NCBI RefSeq assembly: GCF_006345805.1
Contig: NC_043001.1
Location: 17,794,001 to 17,858,000 of the forward strand
DNA: 64,000 nucleotides
Direction of reading: 5' to 3'
DNA from: Octopus sinensis
Lineage: Eukaryota
Shown: one piece after another, positions 26,327-38,446 of the stretch
Layout: every line of letters begins with the position of its first letter
Position numbering within the stretch: position 1 is the stretch's first letter
Position numbers and translations under genes: made by a program
The notes under the pieces: model-generated
Told to the model about the DNA's origin: nothing
The model's database searches: none
What the model saw: the letters and a program-made list of their open reading frames with translations, nothing else

Positions 26327-26925
26327 AAGTGGTTGATGATTTCATCTTCCTTGGCTCCAAAATAAATCGAGATGGTGACTGCACTCCAGAAATAAGACGG
26401 GCGGATAGTACTAGGCAGAGAGGCAATGGTCAGCATGAGCAAGGTCTGGAAGAGTAGAGACATCAGACTCGCTACCAAATGCAGATTGGTGAATGCAATT
26501 GTCTTCCCAATAGCAACATGTGGATGCGAGACCTGGACACTAAAGAAAGCTGACCAGAAGAGAATTAATGCATTCGAGCTTTGGTGTTGGAGAAGACTTT
26601 TACGGATACCATGGACAGCGAGGCTCACCAATGGAGAAGTTCTTAACCAGATCAAGCCGAAACTGTCGCTAGAAGCTAGGATCACCAAGCATAGATGACA
26701 TATTTTGGTCATATTATGAGGAGAAAATCCCTGGAGAAGGACATCATGCTCGGAATGGTCAGTGGCAAGAGAGGAAGAGGCCGACCAAGAACCCGCTGGC
26801 TTGACACCATCAAGAGTGATACCGGAATGGACATAGCCAGTCTGAAAGAAGCGGCCAAGGACAGAACTGACTGGTGGATACTGATCCATGGAGTAACCGA
26901 GAGTCGACTTCGACTGAGCAGATAG
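26327..26925 (+). mobile_element. RTE/BovB-like LINE 3' fragment
   Basis: FIFLGSKINRDGDCTPEIRRRI...FELWCWRRLLRIPWTAR...TYFGHIMRR...GKRGRGRPRTRWLD; one in-frame stop; (GATA)n tail. Confidence 0.9.
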
Positions 26926-26945
26926 ATAGATATAGATAGATAGAT

Positions 26946-26976
<31 letters not shown>

Positions 26977-27054
26977 TAATATTATGTATGTATGTATATA
27001 TATATATATATTATATATATATATATACATACATACATAGTATATACATACATA

Positions 27055-27099
<45 letters not shown>

Positions 27100-27126
27100 C
27101 ATATAGAAAGTGCTCCTTTCTATGTG

Positions 27127-27310
27127 AAGGCGTGTGGCTTGGTGGTTAGGGCATTCGACTCACGATCGTAAGGTCGTGTGTTCAATTCCCGGCGATGCGT
27201 TGTGTCCTTGAGCAAGACACTTTATCTCACGTTGCTCCAGTCCACTCAGCTGGCAAAAATGAGTTGTACCTGTATTTCAAAGGGCCGGCCTTGTCACACT
27301 CTGTGTCACG
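27127..27310 (+). mobile_element. SINE family D
   Basis: tRNA-like head plus gcgttgtgtccttgagcaagacactt. Confidence 0.75.
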
Positions 27311-28613
27311 CTGGCGGATGCCCCCAGGCGAGAAGTGTGCTGGCCCACTACTAATAAACAGTGGACTGACGCAACCAGTAGGGTCGGTCGGCGAAGGTAG
27401 GCCGTTCGGACCAGTCGCGTAGAGGCCACGAAATCCGTCATCATCATGGGACATATCAGTAGCGACGAGGGTCCGGACAATATCGCCAATGGGACATATT
27501 TATATATTTCTTAACTGCCCAGAATGGGCTAAACATAGAGGGGACAAACAAGGACAGACGAAGGGATTGAGTCGATTATATCGCCCCCAGTGCGAAACTG
27601 GTACTTTATTTATCGACCCCGAAAGGATAAAAGGCAAAGTTGACCTCGGCGGAATTTGAACTCAATGGGACATATCTATATGGAGCTTGTGTGTGTGTAC
27701 ATTTATACATTTGTGTATGAGTTTGTGTCTGCAGGTATGTGTCGTGTGTGTGATAGTGGTTGAGATGGTAGTGATGGTTTTGCTAACGGTGGTGACGGTG
27801 TTAAAAGAAATATATAACTCCTGGCTTAAAACGAAGCCTTCATTAATATTTCTTTCTTATTCCAATCTTAATATGGTTCAACATTTACGAAACAACATTT
27901 ATATTTTCATTTCATTTCATGGTTCATAATTTTTCTAATTGTTCTGTTCCGTTAAGAATTCATTATCTTTTTCACCGCCATTCTTGCACTGTTTAGTCTC
28001 ACAATAATCGAGCTATAATATCTGTAAGAAGATTCCATCGCTTACAATGTAAAACGGCGCGTCAGGTTAAGTCGAGCAACTTAAACTATTCCGAAATAAT
28101 AGAATAGGAAAGATTTATTGTTAATTAAGTATTAATTATAGTGGTTTGGTATCTGTATGAAACATAGTCTTGATAAAACGTTTAGTGGTTAGATTAATGT
28201 GTTTTCACTGACCTCCGTGAACCACTGGGTCGGGAAATGGCGAAATATTTGTCCTTTGCTAAAAGTGTGACTCGATTCGTGAGAAATCGCAGCTAAATCG
28301 TATCTTGTTAAATTTCTTCCAGCCACTTGAATTTTTTCAAATTTTCACCAAATTATTTTTAAAATATGTAATTTTGATGTAGTTTTGCATGCTAATTGAC
28401 GAGAATTGAATTAATTTTTTTTTCTAGAAATTAATAACAAAGTTACAAGCACTTAAAGTTATGTAATTTTAACCAATCAAAAGTCTCAATTGCCTATATA
28501 TCGTGTATGCTTATCTGCATTGCCATGGAGATGAATACACTCGAAATCTTTACGCGTTTCTCTCGACCTGCTAGAAATAGCAGGCAAGTTATTACTAAAT
28601 TACACCTCCCCGA

Positions 28614-28816
28614 GTTACGACTGAGTTCCGTTACGACTGAGTTCCGTTACGACTGAGTTCCGTTACGACTGAGTTCCGTTATGACTGAGTTCCGTTACGA
28701 CTGACTTCCGTTACGACTGAGTTCCGTTATGACTGAGTTCCGTTACGACTGAGTTCCGTTACGACTGAGTTCCGTTACGACTGAGTTCCGTTACGACTGA
28801 GTTCCTTTCTGACTGA
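28614..28816. repeat. 16-bp minisatellite (GTTACGACTGAGTTCC), about 12.7 copies
   Basis: Near-perfect tandem units without spacers. Confidence 0.95.
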
Positions 28817-29264
28817 CAAGTTGTAAATCGATTTGGTCGTATGTCGGATTAATATTTTTGAATACTATTTTCATTCAAACGCCACTGATACTAAGCGACT
28901 GAGCTAGTGACACTGGCAGGCAATGGATGCCTGGGTCTGAGGGAGGCCTGCGTTGCCAGCTGTTGCCATAGTTATCTTACGCGCAGCTGCCCAACTTCCA
29001 AAAATCGATTATTTATTTATGGATGGTCGGAAGTCGCATAGACGAACAAATTTAGCCTCTCCTAATATAGAAATACAGTGCAAGCTGGTTAGAATTTCGT
29101 TATTGACGACCTAAGCATCCTGTATAACTTGCTTAACGTGTATTTACTATATCGACGTGAACGCAAACCAGACGCTCCAAAATATATCTCTGGTAAACTT
29201 CACTAAAAAGATGGTCTTTTAAGAAATATGTTTTATACATAATGAAAGAGTGGCTCATTGGCGT

Positions 29265-29337
29265 GGGGAATTAGCTCAGGTGGTAGAGCGCTCGCTTAGC
29301 ATGCGAGAGGTACCGGGATCGATGCCCGGATTCTCCA
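29265..29337 (+). tRNA. tRNA-Ala-AGC: tRNA-Ala(AGC)
   Basis: 73-nt cloverleaf, G3:U70, anticodon AGC at 29298, A54-type T-loop ATCGATG, downstream T-run. Confidence 0.95.
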
Positions 29338-30115
29338 ATACATTTTGTTAGCTTTTTATTTCTTATAATTTCGAAGATTTGTTGGCATTCTCATTGTTAT
29401 TTAGAATAACTCTTTTACATGTTTCAGTCATTTGACTGTGGCCATGCTTGAGCACCGCCTTTAGTCGAGCAAATCGACCACAGGACTTATTCTTTGTAAG
29501 TCTAGTACTTATTCCATCGGTCTCTCTAGCCGAATCACTAAGTTACGGGGGCGTAAATACACCAGCATCGGCTGTCAAGCGATGTTGGGGGGGGGGGGCA
29601 AACACAGACACACAAACATATACGCACACATACATATATATATTTGAAAACTCCACTAGAATGGACGAAAGCGCTAATATATGATATATGATATAAGTTA
29701 TATGATGTATAAAAACATGTAATATACAAATAAATATCTGCAAATATAAAACCATCCGCATTTCTGAGTACCTCATTTCTTCTAATATATAATACCTGTA
29801 CATCATCTCCAAACCTTCTAATATATTACATTCGAGGCTTTCTTCCAAGGAATCTAATGCGCTTGGCTTAGATTTTCCTTTGGGGCTGGCCAGATCGGAG
29901 CAATCTCAAGATTAATCAGCCGAAATTCCGAAGATGATCCGGTTCTTGACTGAAGATTGAAGGCTTCGAATGTCCCGTCCGTGCTTTTAGTATCGTCTCC
30001 TAAATGTTTTACGTTCTTGTCCCAGTTTGTATTTTTTTAAATTTACATATATCGTGAAGACCACTTGCATTTTTTTCCCTCTGTCCTCCCACCTCGGGAT
30101 CTTTCTTTCTCGTAT

Positions 30116-30150
30116 GTTTCCGACGAAGAGCTCCGCTCGAAACGTCATAC
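30116..30150 (+). ncRNA. Minimal type I hammerhead-like motif (Penelope-type), U4C variant
   Basis: gttt-CCGACGA-A-GAGC-tcc-GCTC-GAAA-CG-TC-atac; GUC cleavage triplet. Confidence 0.55.
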
Positions 30151-30242
30151 CCTCCTTCTTCCCTTCTTTCCTGAGCGTCCAATAATACTTTATTTGTTCC
30201 ACATCCTCGCGTTGTTGCCTTTTTGTTTTATTGCTTGGATTA

Positions 30243-30308
<66 letters not shown>

Positions 30309-30694
30309 TATATACGACGGGCTTCTTTCAGTTTCCGTCTACCAAATCCACTCATAAGACTTTAGTCAGCCCGAGGCTATAGTAGAAGACACTTGCCCAA
30401 GGTGCCACGCAGTTGGACTGAACCCGGAACCATGTGGTTCGTAAGCAAGCTACTTATCACACAGCCACTCCTATGCCTGAGAGAGTTATTTTTTATATTT
30501 ATGTGTTTGTTGTACAGTTTAAAGAAAATTGTTTTCATTTTTGATTACTGATGTGACTCAGTTATTTTCCCCTCAATGCTATACATCCGTTATACATCAA
30601 CACTTTCTGTTTATACACGTAATTGTTGAGTTTCGTATATACACGTGCGTGTAATGTGTGTGAGTGTGTGTGTGTGTGTGTGTTTGTTTGTGTT

Positions 30695-30747
<53 letters not shown>

Positions 30748-31057
30748 GTGTATTCACTGAGTGAAAACTCAGCTGCCAATGAAACGAAAGAACAAACACT
30801 CACTTACTCAAACTTTTTGCCAAACCCTAGGTAATGAGGACGTAAATAAACCAACACCGATCGACAAGTGGTGGTGGAGGACAAGCACACACGCGTGTAC
30901 GCACAAATACACACACACACTCTCATGTGACTAAAAATATAGGAAAAACACATCCAAGAACAGCGCCAAAAAACACATCCAAGAACAGCGCCAAAAAACG
31001 TGCCGGGATATCACTTCACGCTTATATATTCAAATACTAAATGCTTGTGTAATATCA

Positions 31058-31130
31058 GGGGAATTAGCTCAGATGGTAGAGCGCTCGCTTAGCATGTGAG
31101 AGGTACCGGGATCGATGCCCGGATTCTCCA
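31058..31130 (+). tRNA. tRNA-Ala-AGC: tRNA-Ala(AGC), C40T variant (G:U in anticodon stem)
   Basis: Complete cloverleaf, G3:U70. Confidence 0.9.
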
Positions 31131-31674
31131 GTCGTTGTCATTTTCGTCTTTATTGCTCATTTTTGCTTCAGTTCTAGAAAATTTGTTTTTATGTATTATA
31201 TTTGGTGATTTATCATTTATGTTGATATTTCAACCTGCAAATTCATAAACGGCGAAGGACATCAAATACAGGAAGTTTTTAGCTAACTTCGTGAAGATCA
31301 AACTGACATAAAGGTGCATTTAGTGTTGAGATAGGGAAAAAGAGCGAGCATTGAATAAATTAATACGCACACACACACATACACAAATACACACAAACAC
31401 ACATGAGAGTGTGTGTGTGTATTTGTGTATGTGTGTGCGTATTAATTTATTCAATGCTCGCTCTTTTTCCCTATCTCAACACTAAATGCACCTTTATGTC
31501 AGTTTGATCTTCACGAAGTTAGCTAAAAACTTCCTGTATTTGATGTCCTTCGCCGTTTATGAATTTGCAGGTTGAAATATCAACATAAATGATAAATCAC
31601 CAAATATAATACATAAAAACAAATTTTCTAGAACTGAAGCAAAAATGAGCAATAAAGACGAAAATGACAACGAC

Positions 31675-31747
31675 TGGAGAATCCGGGCATCGATCCCGGT
31701 ACCTCTCACATGCTAAGCGAGCGCTCTACCATCTGAGCTAATTCCCC
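31675..31747 (-). tRNA. tRNA-Ala-AGC: tRNA-Ala(AGC), inverted twin of 31058
   Basis: Identical to 31058-31130 including the C40T variant. Confidence 0.85.
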
Positions 31748-32213
31748 TGATATTACACAAGCATTTAGTATTTGAATATATAAGCGTGAAGTGATATCCC
31801 GGCACGTTTTTTGGCGCTGTTCTTGGATGTGTTTTTCCTATATTTTTAGTCACTAGGCTGCGGCCATGCTGGAGCAACACCTTAAAGGATTTGCCCGAGC
31901 AAATCAACCCCAGTACTTACTTTTATGCTTATACACAGAGAGGAGACTCTTGAGGGGGGGGATCTCCTTACATCGTTTTTTTTTTGCCGAAGCGCTTAGT
32001 TGCGGGGACGTAAAATAGGAGCCTCCAGCGATTATCAAGTAGTGGTAAACAAACACAAATACACAGATACGAAGAGACAAGCTTTCTTCACAACCATATA
32101 GTTCCGGTTTCAGTCGCACTATGGCACCTTGGGCAAGTGTCTTCTACTATAACTACGGGCCGTCCGAAGACTTGTGAGTGGATATGGTAAACGGAAACTA
32201 AAACTAATTTGTC

Positions 32214-32261
<48 letters not shown>

Positions 32262-32409
32262 TGAAATAGAAAGATGAATAATCTTGTTGCAGATTAATCA
32301 AAAGTTTAACCGATACCTTGGTAGCAAAAATCACAGCAGAAGACAGCACGGTTGGAGGTACAACCATATGGTGTTGCAACCGTGCGTTGGTGCGGATAAT
32401 TGAATTTTA

Positions 32410-32859
32410 ATATTATTAGTGAATTGAAGAAATGGAGTTGAACGAAGATTGAACAGAAATCGTTTTATTGCATTCTACACGTGTTTCGAAAGGCACAATT
32501 TACCAAATTCCAAATGAATAATGAGACCATATTGTGTCTTTCTCTTCAGGAAGAAATAGGAAATCCGTTGGAATAAACAAAAACAGAACAGAGGCGGAGC
32601 AAAACAAATCGAACGAGGCTCCGTGCCCTCACCCACGTGAGGGCACGGAGCCTCGTTCGATTTGTTTTGCTCCGCCTCTGTTCTGTTTTTGTTTATTCCA
32701 ACGGATTTCCTATTTCTTCCTGAAGAGAAAGACACAATATGGTCTCATTATTCATTCGGAATTTGGTAAATTGTGCCTTTCGAAACACGTGTAGAATGCA
32801 ATAAAACGATTTCTGTTCAATCTTCGTTCAACTCCATTTCTTCAATTCACTAATAATAT
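32410..32859. repeat. Near-perfect palindrome, 223-bp arms, 4-nt loop
   Basis: Loop ccac at 32633-32636; one mismatch noticed between arms. Confidence 0.9.
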
Positions 32860-32879
32860 ATATATATATATATATAAAC

Positions 32880-33775
32880 TTAGATATGTTTCTACCAAAG
32901 ATTGGTCCAGGCCATGTCTAACTTAATAGCACCACCTGATAGGATTATTTGAATCCTGTTTAAGTCAAGTTTTGTTTATGGTCCATTCAAGTAGTGAATT
33001 TTTGTTGGGTGAGTTGTATCGAATTATGGGTGGCTTATCTGGTATTCCTTGAAGGAATCTATCCAGACTCCGTTTAAAGTTGATGGGATCCTGTTCCTCT
33101 TTGATCTCTTTCGGGACAATGTTAAATAGGGCAGGGCCTGTTGAGGAAAAGAAATTATGTTGCAGTGTACACGTATGCTGTGATCTTGAATTGGGCAGGG
33201 GACGTATGGCCCGTGGTCCCAGTCTTGGATGAACCTTGAAGCTAATGTTCAGGTCGTTTGGGCAAAGTTGACGGTATATTCTCCACATCGTACAAATGAT
33301 GTACCGCTCACGGCGACGCTAGAGAAAGTAGAGTTTCAAAGCTTTAAGGCGATCCCAATAATCGAGAGCAGCCATGCCTTCAATTCGTTTAGTGAGTGCC
33401 CTCTGGGGTGATTCAATCCTCGAGATGTTTTGTTTTGTATGGGGAGACCACAGTGAGCAGCAGTATTCGAGGTGTGGCCGTACAAAGGAGGAGAAAAGTG
33501 GTATGATGACACCTTGTTCTCTGGACCGGAAAGTTCTTAAGATCCAGGAACTCATCCTACGAGCTATATCGACCTTCTTGCTGATGTGCGCACTCCAACT
33601 GAGATCGTCATCAGCAATTACACCCAGGTCTCTGATATTGTTAGAGGCTGTGAGCGGTTCCCCTGAAGGAAGAGAGTATGGCCGTTTTAGTGAGGAACTT
33701 CTTCCAAAATGCATCAGCTCAAATTTTCCCTCGTTCAGTTGCATTTTGTTTCTGTCTGCCCATTGACTCACAGCA
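32880..33775 (-). mobile_element. CR1-clade LINE 3' fragment
   Basis: QWADRNKMQLNEGKF...IRDLGV...LFSSFVRPHLEYCCSLWSPH...FKRSLDRFLQGIPD motifs of the RT C-terminal region; frameshifted. Confidence 0.9.
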
Positions 33776-33939
33776 TATAGATCAGACTGGAGTAATATAT
33801 ATATATATTATAATTAGGGTTAGGCAAAATAATTTGCTTCACCACACACCGAACTTTAGAAATAGCAGCACTTGGTGGAATTATTAATTATTAATTAATT
33901 TTACCCTTTATTATTATTACTATTATTATTATTATATAT

Positions 33940-33975
<36 letters not shown>

Positions 33976-33999
33976 CATGCATATATATATATACACACA

Positions 34000-34037
<38 letters not shown>

Positions 34038-34369
34038 ACACACGTGTGTGTCTGTTTGTCCCACACTAGCACTTGACAATCGGTGTTGGTCTGTTTACGT
34101 TCCCGAAACGTGGCCGTTAAGCAATAGAGGCCGATTGAATAAGTACCAGGTTTCAATAAAAATATTGGGGTCGATTAATTCGACTAAAAACTCTTCAAGG
34201 CGGTGCTGTAGCATGGCCACTGTCCAATTACTGAAGCAAGTAAAAGATAAACGATACCAATATATAACTGAATATATTCGGTAAAGAATTGAATTGAACT
34301 CGAGGAGAATATTGTTATTGTAAGAACTGAAGAAATATGAAAAAAAGAAACAATTTTAGGGCCACCACT

Positions 34370-34442
34370 TGGAGAATCCGGGCATCGATCCCGGTACCTC
34401 TCGCATGCTAAGCGAGCGCTCTACCATCTGAGCTAATTCCCC
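34370..34442 (-). tRNA. tRNA-Ala-AGC: tRNA-Ala(AGC)
   Basis: Complete cloverleaf. Confidence 0.95.
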
Positions 34443-34544
34443 AGCTGACAGATTTGTTAGTATTTGCATATTTAAGCGTCGTCTGATTATGCCGTTTGTT
34501 TTTATACTTAACTGGATACGTTTCTACTAAGTAAAATACTCTCT

Positions 34545-34951
34545 CTACTCTTTTACTCTTTTACTTGTTTCAGTCATTTGACTGTGGCCATGCTAGAGCA
34601 CCGCCTTTAGTCGAGCAAATCGACCCCAGGACTTATTCTTTGTAAGCCCAGTACTTATTCTATCGGTCTCTTTTGCCGAACCGCTAAGTAACAGGGACAC
34701 AAACACACCAGCACCGGTTGTCAAGCAATGCTAGGGGGACAAACACAGACACACAAACACACACACACATATATATATACATATATACGACGGGCTTCTT
34801 TCAGTTTCCGTCTACCAAATCCACTCACAAGGCTTTGGTCGGCCCGAGGCTATAGTAGAAGACACTTGCCCAAGGTGCCACGCAGTGAGACTGAACCCGG
34901 AACCATGTGGTTGGTAAACAAGCTACTTACCACACAGCCACTCCTGCGCCT
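34545..34951 (-). mobile_element. SINE family A
   Basis: Full-length match. Confidence 0.9.
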
Positions 34952-35496
34952 ATGTTAACTATTTTTAGCAAACGTGTCAACCGCGAGAGATGATTATATA
35001 TTATAAATGTCTATATGTTAATCTACACGTATATAAATACATCTCACACACACACACATACACACATACATGTATAAGGAGAAAGACAGAGAGAGAGAGA
35101 GTGAGAAACTGAGAGAGAAAGAGAGGGAGACAGACAGACAGATAACCGATTAAATTCTCTTTAATCACTTTAGGAAGTGACTAACCCTATTAATGCCTTA
35201 ATTTAATAACTTTTTTGTGGTTGTAAAATCTTGGTGAATTAACGGAGACTCTTGCCTCTCAAAATATGGAAACATTTCTCATGGTTCCGGCAGACAAAAT
35301 GGAAAGGGCGTTGCCCCGGAGGATGGCGAAGAAGATGAGCTGGAACAGCCACTCTGGCCCACGGGACTCTTACTTACGGACAACCATCTCCGCCCCGATA
35401 GCGGTGAGCAGGGATAGAATCTTTGTGGTTTTCGTCACTGTTTTCAATAATCTTTTTAAAAAATAAAATTTTAATGTATCATATAAAAAATAAAAT

Positions 35497-35748
35497 AAAT
35501 GTTCCTTCTCGAGCCATGCCAGGCTCATAAGGGCCAGTTTCCCGGTTTCAGTGGTGTAGAAATTCCCCACCTGGACGGGACGCCAGTCCGTCGCAGGATT
35601 AATCATTTTTGCCAGCTGAGTGGATTGGAGCAACGTAAAATGAACTGTTTTGCTCAAGAACACAACGCATCATCCGGTCCAGGAATCGAAACCACAACCT
35701 TACGATCACGAGTTCAACACCCTAACCACTGAGCCACGCGCCTCCACA
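35497..35748 (-). mobile_element. SINE family D
   Basis: Head ends gagccacgcgcctccac; homologous to 16537. Confidence 0.75.
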
Positions 35749-36471
35749 ATGTATCATATAGATGTAATTTTTGATGCTGAATCCGAATTTGTTATTCATT
35801 TATTCTAGAAAAATTTTGCAAAAATATTACAGGTATAATGGGAGGCAAGGTTCACGATATCGGATGAATATGGCCTCCTCCCATTAAAATTGTTCTTTGT
35901 GTTGTTTCAGGTTCCCGCAGGCGAGGAAAGAAGTCTCAAGTGGATATGCAAATTCTCAACCAGTTTTATTTACATAGTTACACAGAATAAATGATGTGTG
36001 TCGCTCTCAGTAGACCATCTCAAGCTGTGTACGTCTCGTTGTATCTCCGTTAACGGGGGCCCATTACTTCTGGAGATACGACGTGCAGACAGGACTAGCC
36101 TGGAGACCCAGCCAGCGAACGTGTGTTCAGCAAGCGCTTGCGGTGAAAAAGAAAATCTGTTTATTGGACCCTTATATTCAGTTTGCCATCGCGAGCCTCG
36201 TTGTGATCTCGCGCATGGCAAATGGATGCAGGTGAGATCTCGCTCCAGTCTCGGAGATGGCAATGGCTGCCGGCGAGATCTCATCCAATATGACGCTTAC
36301 TGCTTTAAATACACAGGTATTCAAAGTTTGATAATTTTCAGAATTTTCAGCCAATCAGAAAACAGCACGGTCACTGCCTCTTCCATCATCGGTGGGGAGG
36401 ATGGCATCGGCATGTCAAAACATTAAACAAGTAAAAGAGTTATTCTAAATAACAATGAATGTAACGATAAT

Positions 36472-36544
36472 TGGAGAATCCGGGCATCGATCCCGGTACC
36501 TCTCGCATGCTAAGCGAGCGCTCTACCACTTGAGCTAATTCCCC
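36472..36544 (-). tRNA. tRNA-Ala-AGC: tRNA-Ala(AGC)
   Basis: Complete cloverleaf, D-loop variant AAGTGG; flanks homologous to the 29265 gene. Confidence 0.95.
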
Positions 36545-36821
36545 ACGTCAATGCCTCATTGTTTCATTATGTATATATCATATTTCTTAAAAGACCATCT
36601 TTGAAGTTTACCAGTCAAATGACTGAAACAAGTAAAAGAGTAAAAGAGATCTTACTGAATCTGATAACATTTTTACAACAAATCATACCATGCCTAGTGA
36701 GAAGGCCAAACGTCAACGATGTGTTGAAGTATTGAATCAAGAAGATCTAACTCTTTTAATCCAATCTCTTGTCGCAACAATTTTTAAATGGGGAGATAAC
36801 CCAATTATTTAATGGCAATTT

Positions 36822-37235
36822 GGATCTTTTCGGTTTGAACGGCAGTTTTTAAAAATAATTTCCACGTAACTAAACACTTTTAAACTTCGTATACTGGTAG
36901 AATGTGTTTATAAAACATCTTTTTCTCTTGGCTTTATTGAGAAAATTCTATAGTTTGTAAGATATTTGTTGTTGTTCTTCTTCAATTTCTGCAATTTCAA
37001 CCAATCAATGACGTCTATTGGGTGAAAACATTCTGTGCCGTTTGAATATGTCCCTCGTTTAAGAAACAGATTGGGTTTATTTACATTTCTGAAGAAAAAA
37101 GATACCCTTCCCTCACCCCTAACCCTAACCTTAAAACAGATTGAAATGCAATAGATCGATACTAGGGTCATAATTATGGGTGACAATTTCATATGACACC
37201 GCTAGAAAAATCTGCCGTTCAAACCGAAAAGATCC
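36822..37235. mobile_element. ~415-bp MITE (GG-terminal TIR, Merlin-like by inference)
   Basis: TIR GGATCTTTTCGGTTTGAACGGCAG and its reverse complement; internal ccctaa repeats. Confidence 0.85.
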
Positions 37236-37871
37236 GTAATATTTTTTAATGGGGATGAGATAACCAAAAAATACCCATATTTCTCGCTCGGAGATTTTAA
37301 ACTAGTTGCTTTTCTCTTTATTTTTACTGTTTTATCGTAAATAAATTTTGATGTGTATTGTTTTATATGAGTACAGAGGGGAAAATGAGTGAATGCAACC
37401 GAGAGGGTATGAGAAGTGTCGAGGATGGATAGAGATGGAAAGATGAGAGTTTAAGAAGCGATTGTCATATTTACGATCACAGGTCCCTTCGCTGCGAGGT
37501 GACAACAAAGATAATAACAACAAAAACATCAACAGCAACAACAAAGCTCCACGAAGCTCCGGCAGGGAGTAGTGGCGACCCCTGTTGTACTCTTTCGCCA
37601 CAACTTTCTCTCACTCTTTCTTCCTGTTTCTTGTCCCCGACTTCCTACGCAACCGCTGAGCCTGGATGCGCATTCATCCATCCGTCAATGCTCTCGGTGT
37701 CGGGGGTCGACCTGCTTTCTCTTATGCGGCTCGTACGAATAGCAAAGGACCACGTTTCGGACTTCTCCCATCTTGCGAGCCCTGGGACGAAGACCGTTCG
37801 CTCAACAGCACAGCACAGCAGCACAGCAACAACAGTAGCAATTATTTGAACAACAGATTAAAATGTAAAGT

Positions 37872-38110
37872 GGGGGCACATGGCCCAGTGGTTAGAGCAG
37901 CGGACTCGCGGACCAGGGCTCGCGGGTTCGAATCTCAGATCGGGCGATGTGTGTTTGTTTATGAGCGAAGCACCTAAGCTCCACGCGGCTCTCGCAGAAG
38001 GTAATGGCGAACTTCTGCTGACTCTTTCGCCGCAACTTTCTCTCACTCTTTCCTCCTGCATCTTGCAGCTCACCTTTGATAGACCGGCGTCCCGTTCAGG
38101 TGGGGAACCT
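37872..38110 (+). mobile_element. SINE family C
   Basis: Head gggggcacatggcccagtggttagagcagcggactc...gggttcgaatctc. Confidence 0.8.
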
Positions 38111-38373
38111 ATACGGTATTGTAATCGGGAAACAGCGTTTTGTGAAATTTTCGTATTCATAACAAAAGCGTTTGATCCCTAACCGGGGAATTAACTCAGG
38201 TAGACTGCTCGCTTTGCATGCAAGATGTCCTGGGATCGATTCCCAGATTCTCCAATATCGCTACTTTTGTTTTTAATATCTTGTTTGTCACTTGATTTCC
38301 TTTTCAATTACTTCTGCAATTCCGGTTCTTCTCAAATTTTCGCATACATGACAAAAGGTTGCGTCCACTGAGC

Positions 38374-38446
38374 GGGGAATTGGCTCAGATAGTAGAATGC
38401 TCTCTTTGACTGCGAGAGGTACCGGAATCGATGCCTGAATTGTCCA
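38374..38446 (+). pseudogene. tRNA-Ala pseudogene with TGA in the anticodon position (subfamily representative)
   Basis: Loop TTTGACT instead of TTTGCAT; D-stem, anticodon stem and acceptor stem mismatches. Confidence 0.8.

Larger units (their letters stand above)
30927..31853. repeat. Large palindromic duplication carrying two tRNA-Ala genes
   Basis: Arms of about 450-475 bp nearly identical; centre at about 31403-31408. Confidence 0.9.

Noticed and set aside
27227-27489. GC-rich stretch with 70-75 aa ORFs
   Set aside because: No recognisable domain or splice structure; lies between SINEs and is probably repeat-derived
28614-28816. CRISPR-like array
   Set aside because: Contiguous tandem units with no unique spacers, no cas genes, eukaryotic context
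29945-29980. CTGAAGA...GAATGTC hammerhead look-alike
   Set aside because: Stem II would need a 1-nt loop, GAAA is not intact, and there is no convincing stem I
32475-32794. Two near-identical 86-aa ORFs on opposite strands
   Set aside because: By-product of the palindrome; no recognisable protein motif
37872-37945. tRNA-like heads of SINE families as tRNA genes
   Set aside because: A/B boxes present but the acceptor stem does not close, and the sequence continues into the SINE body
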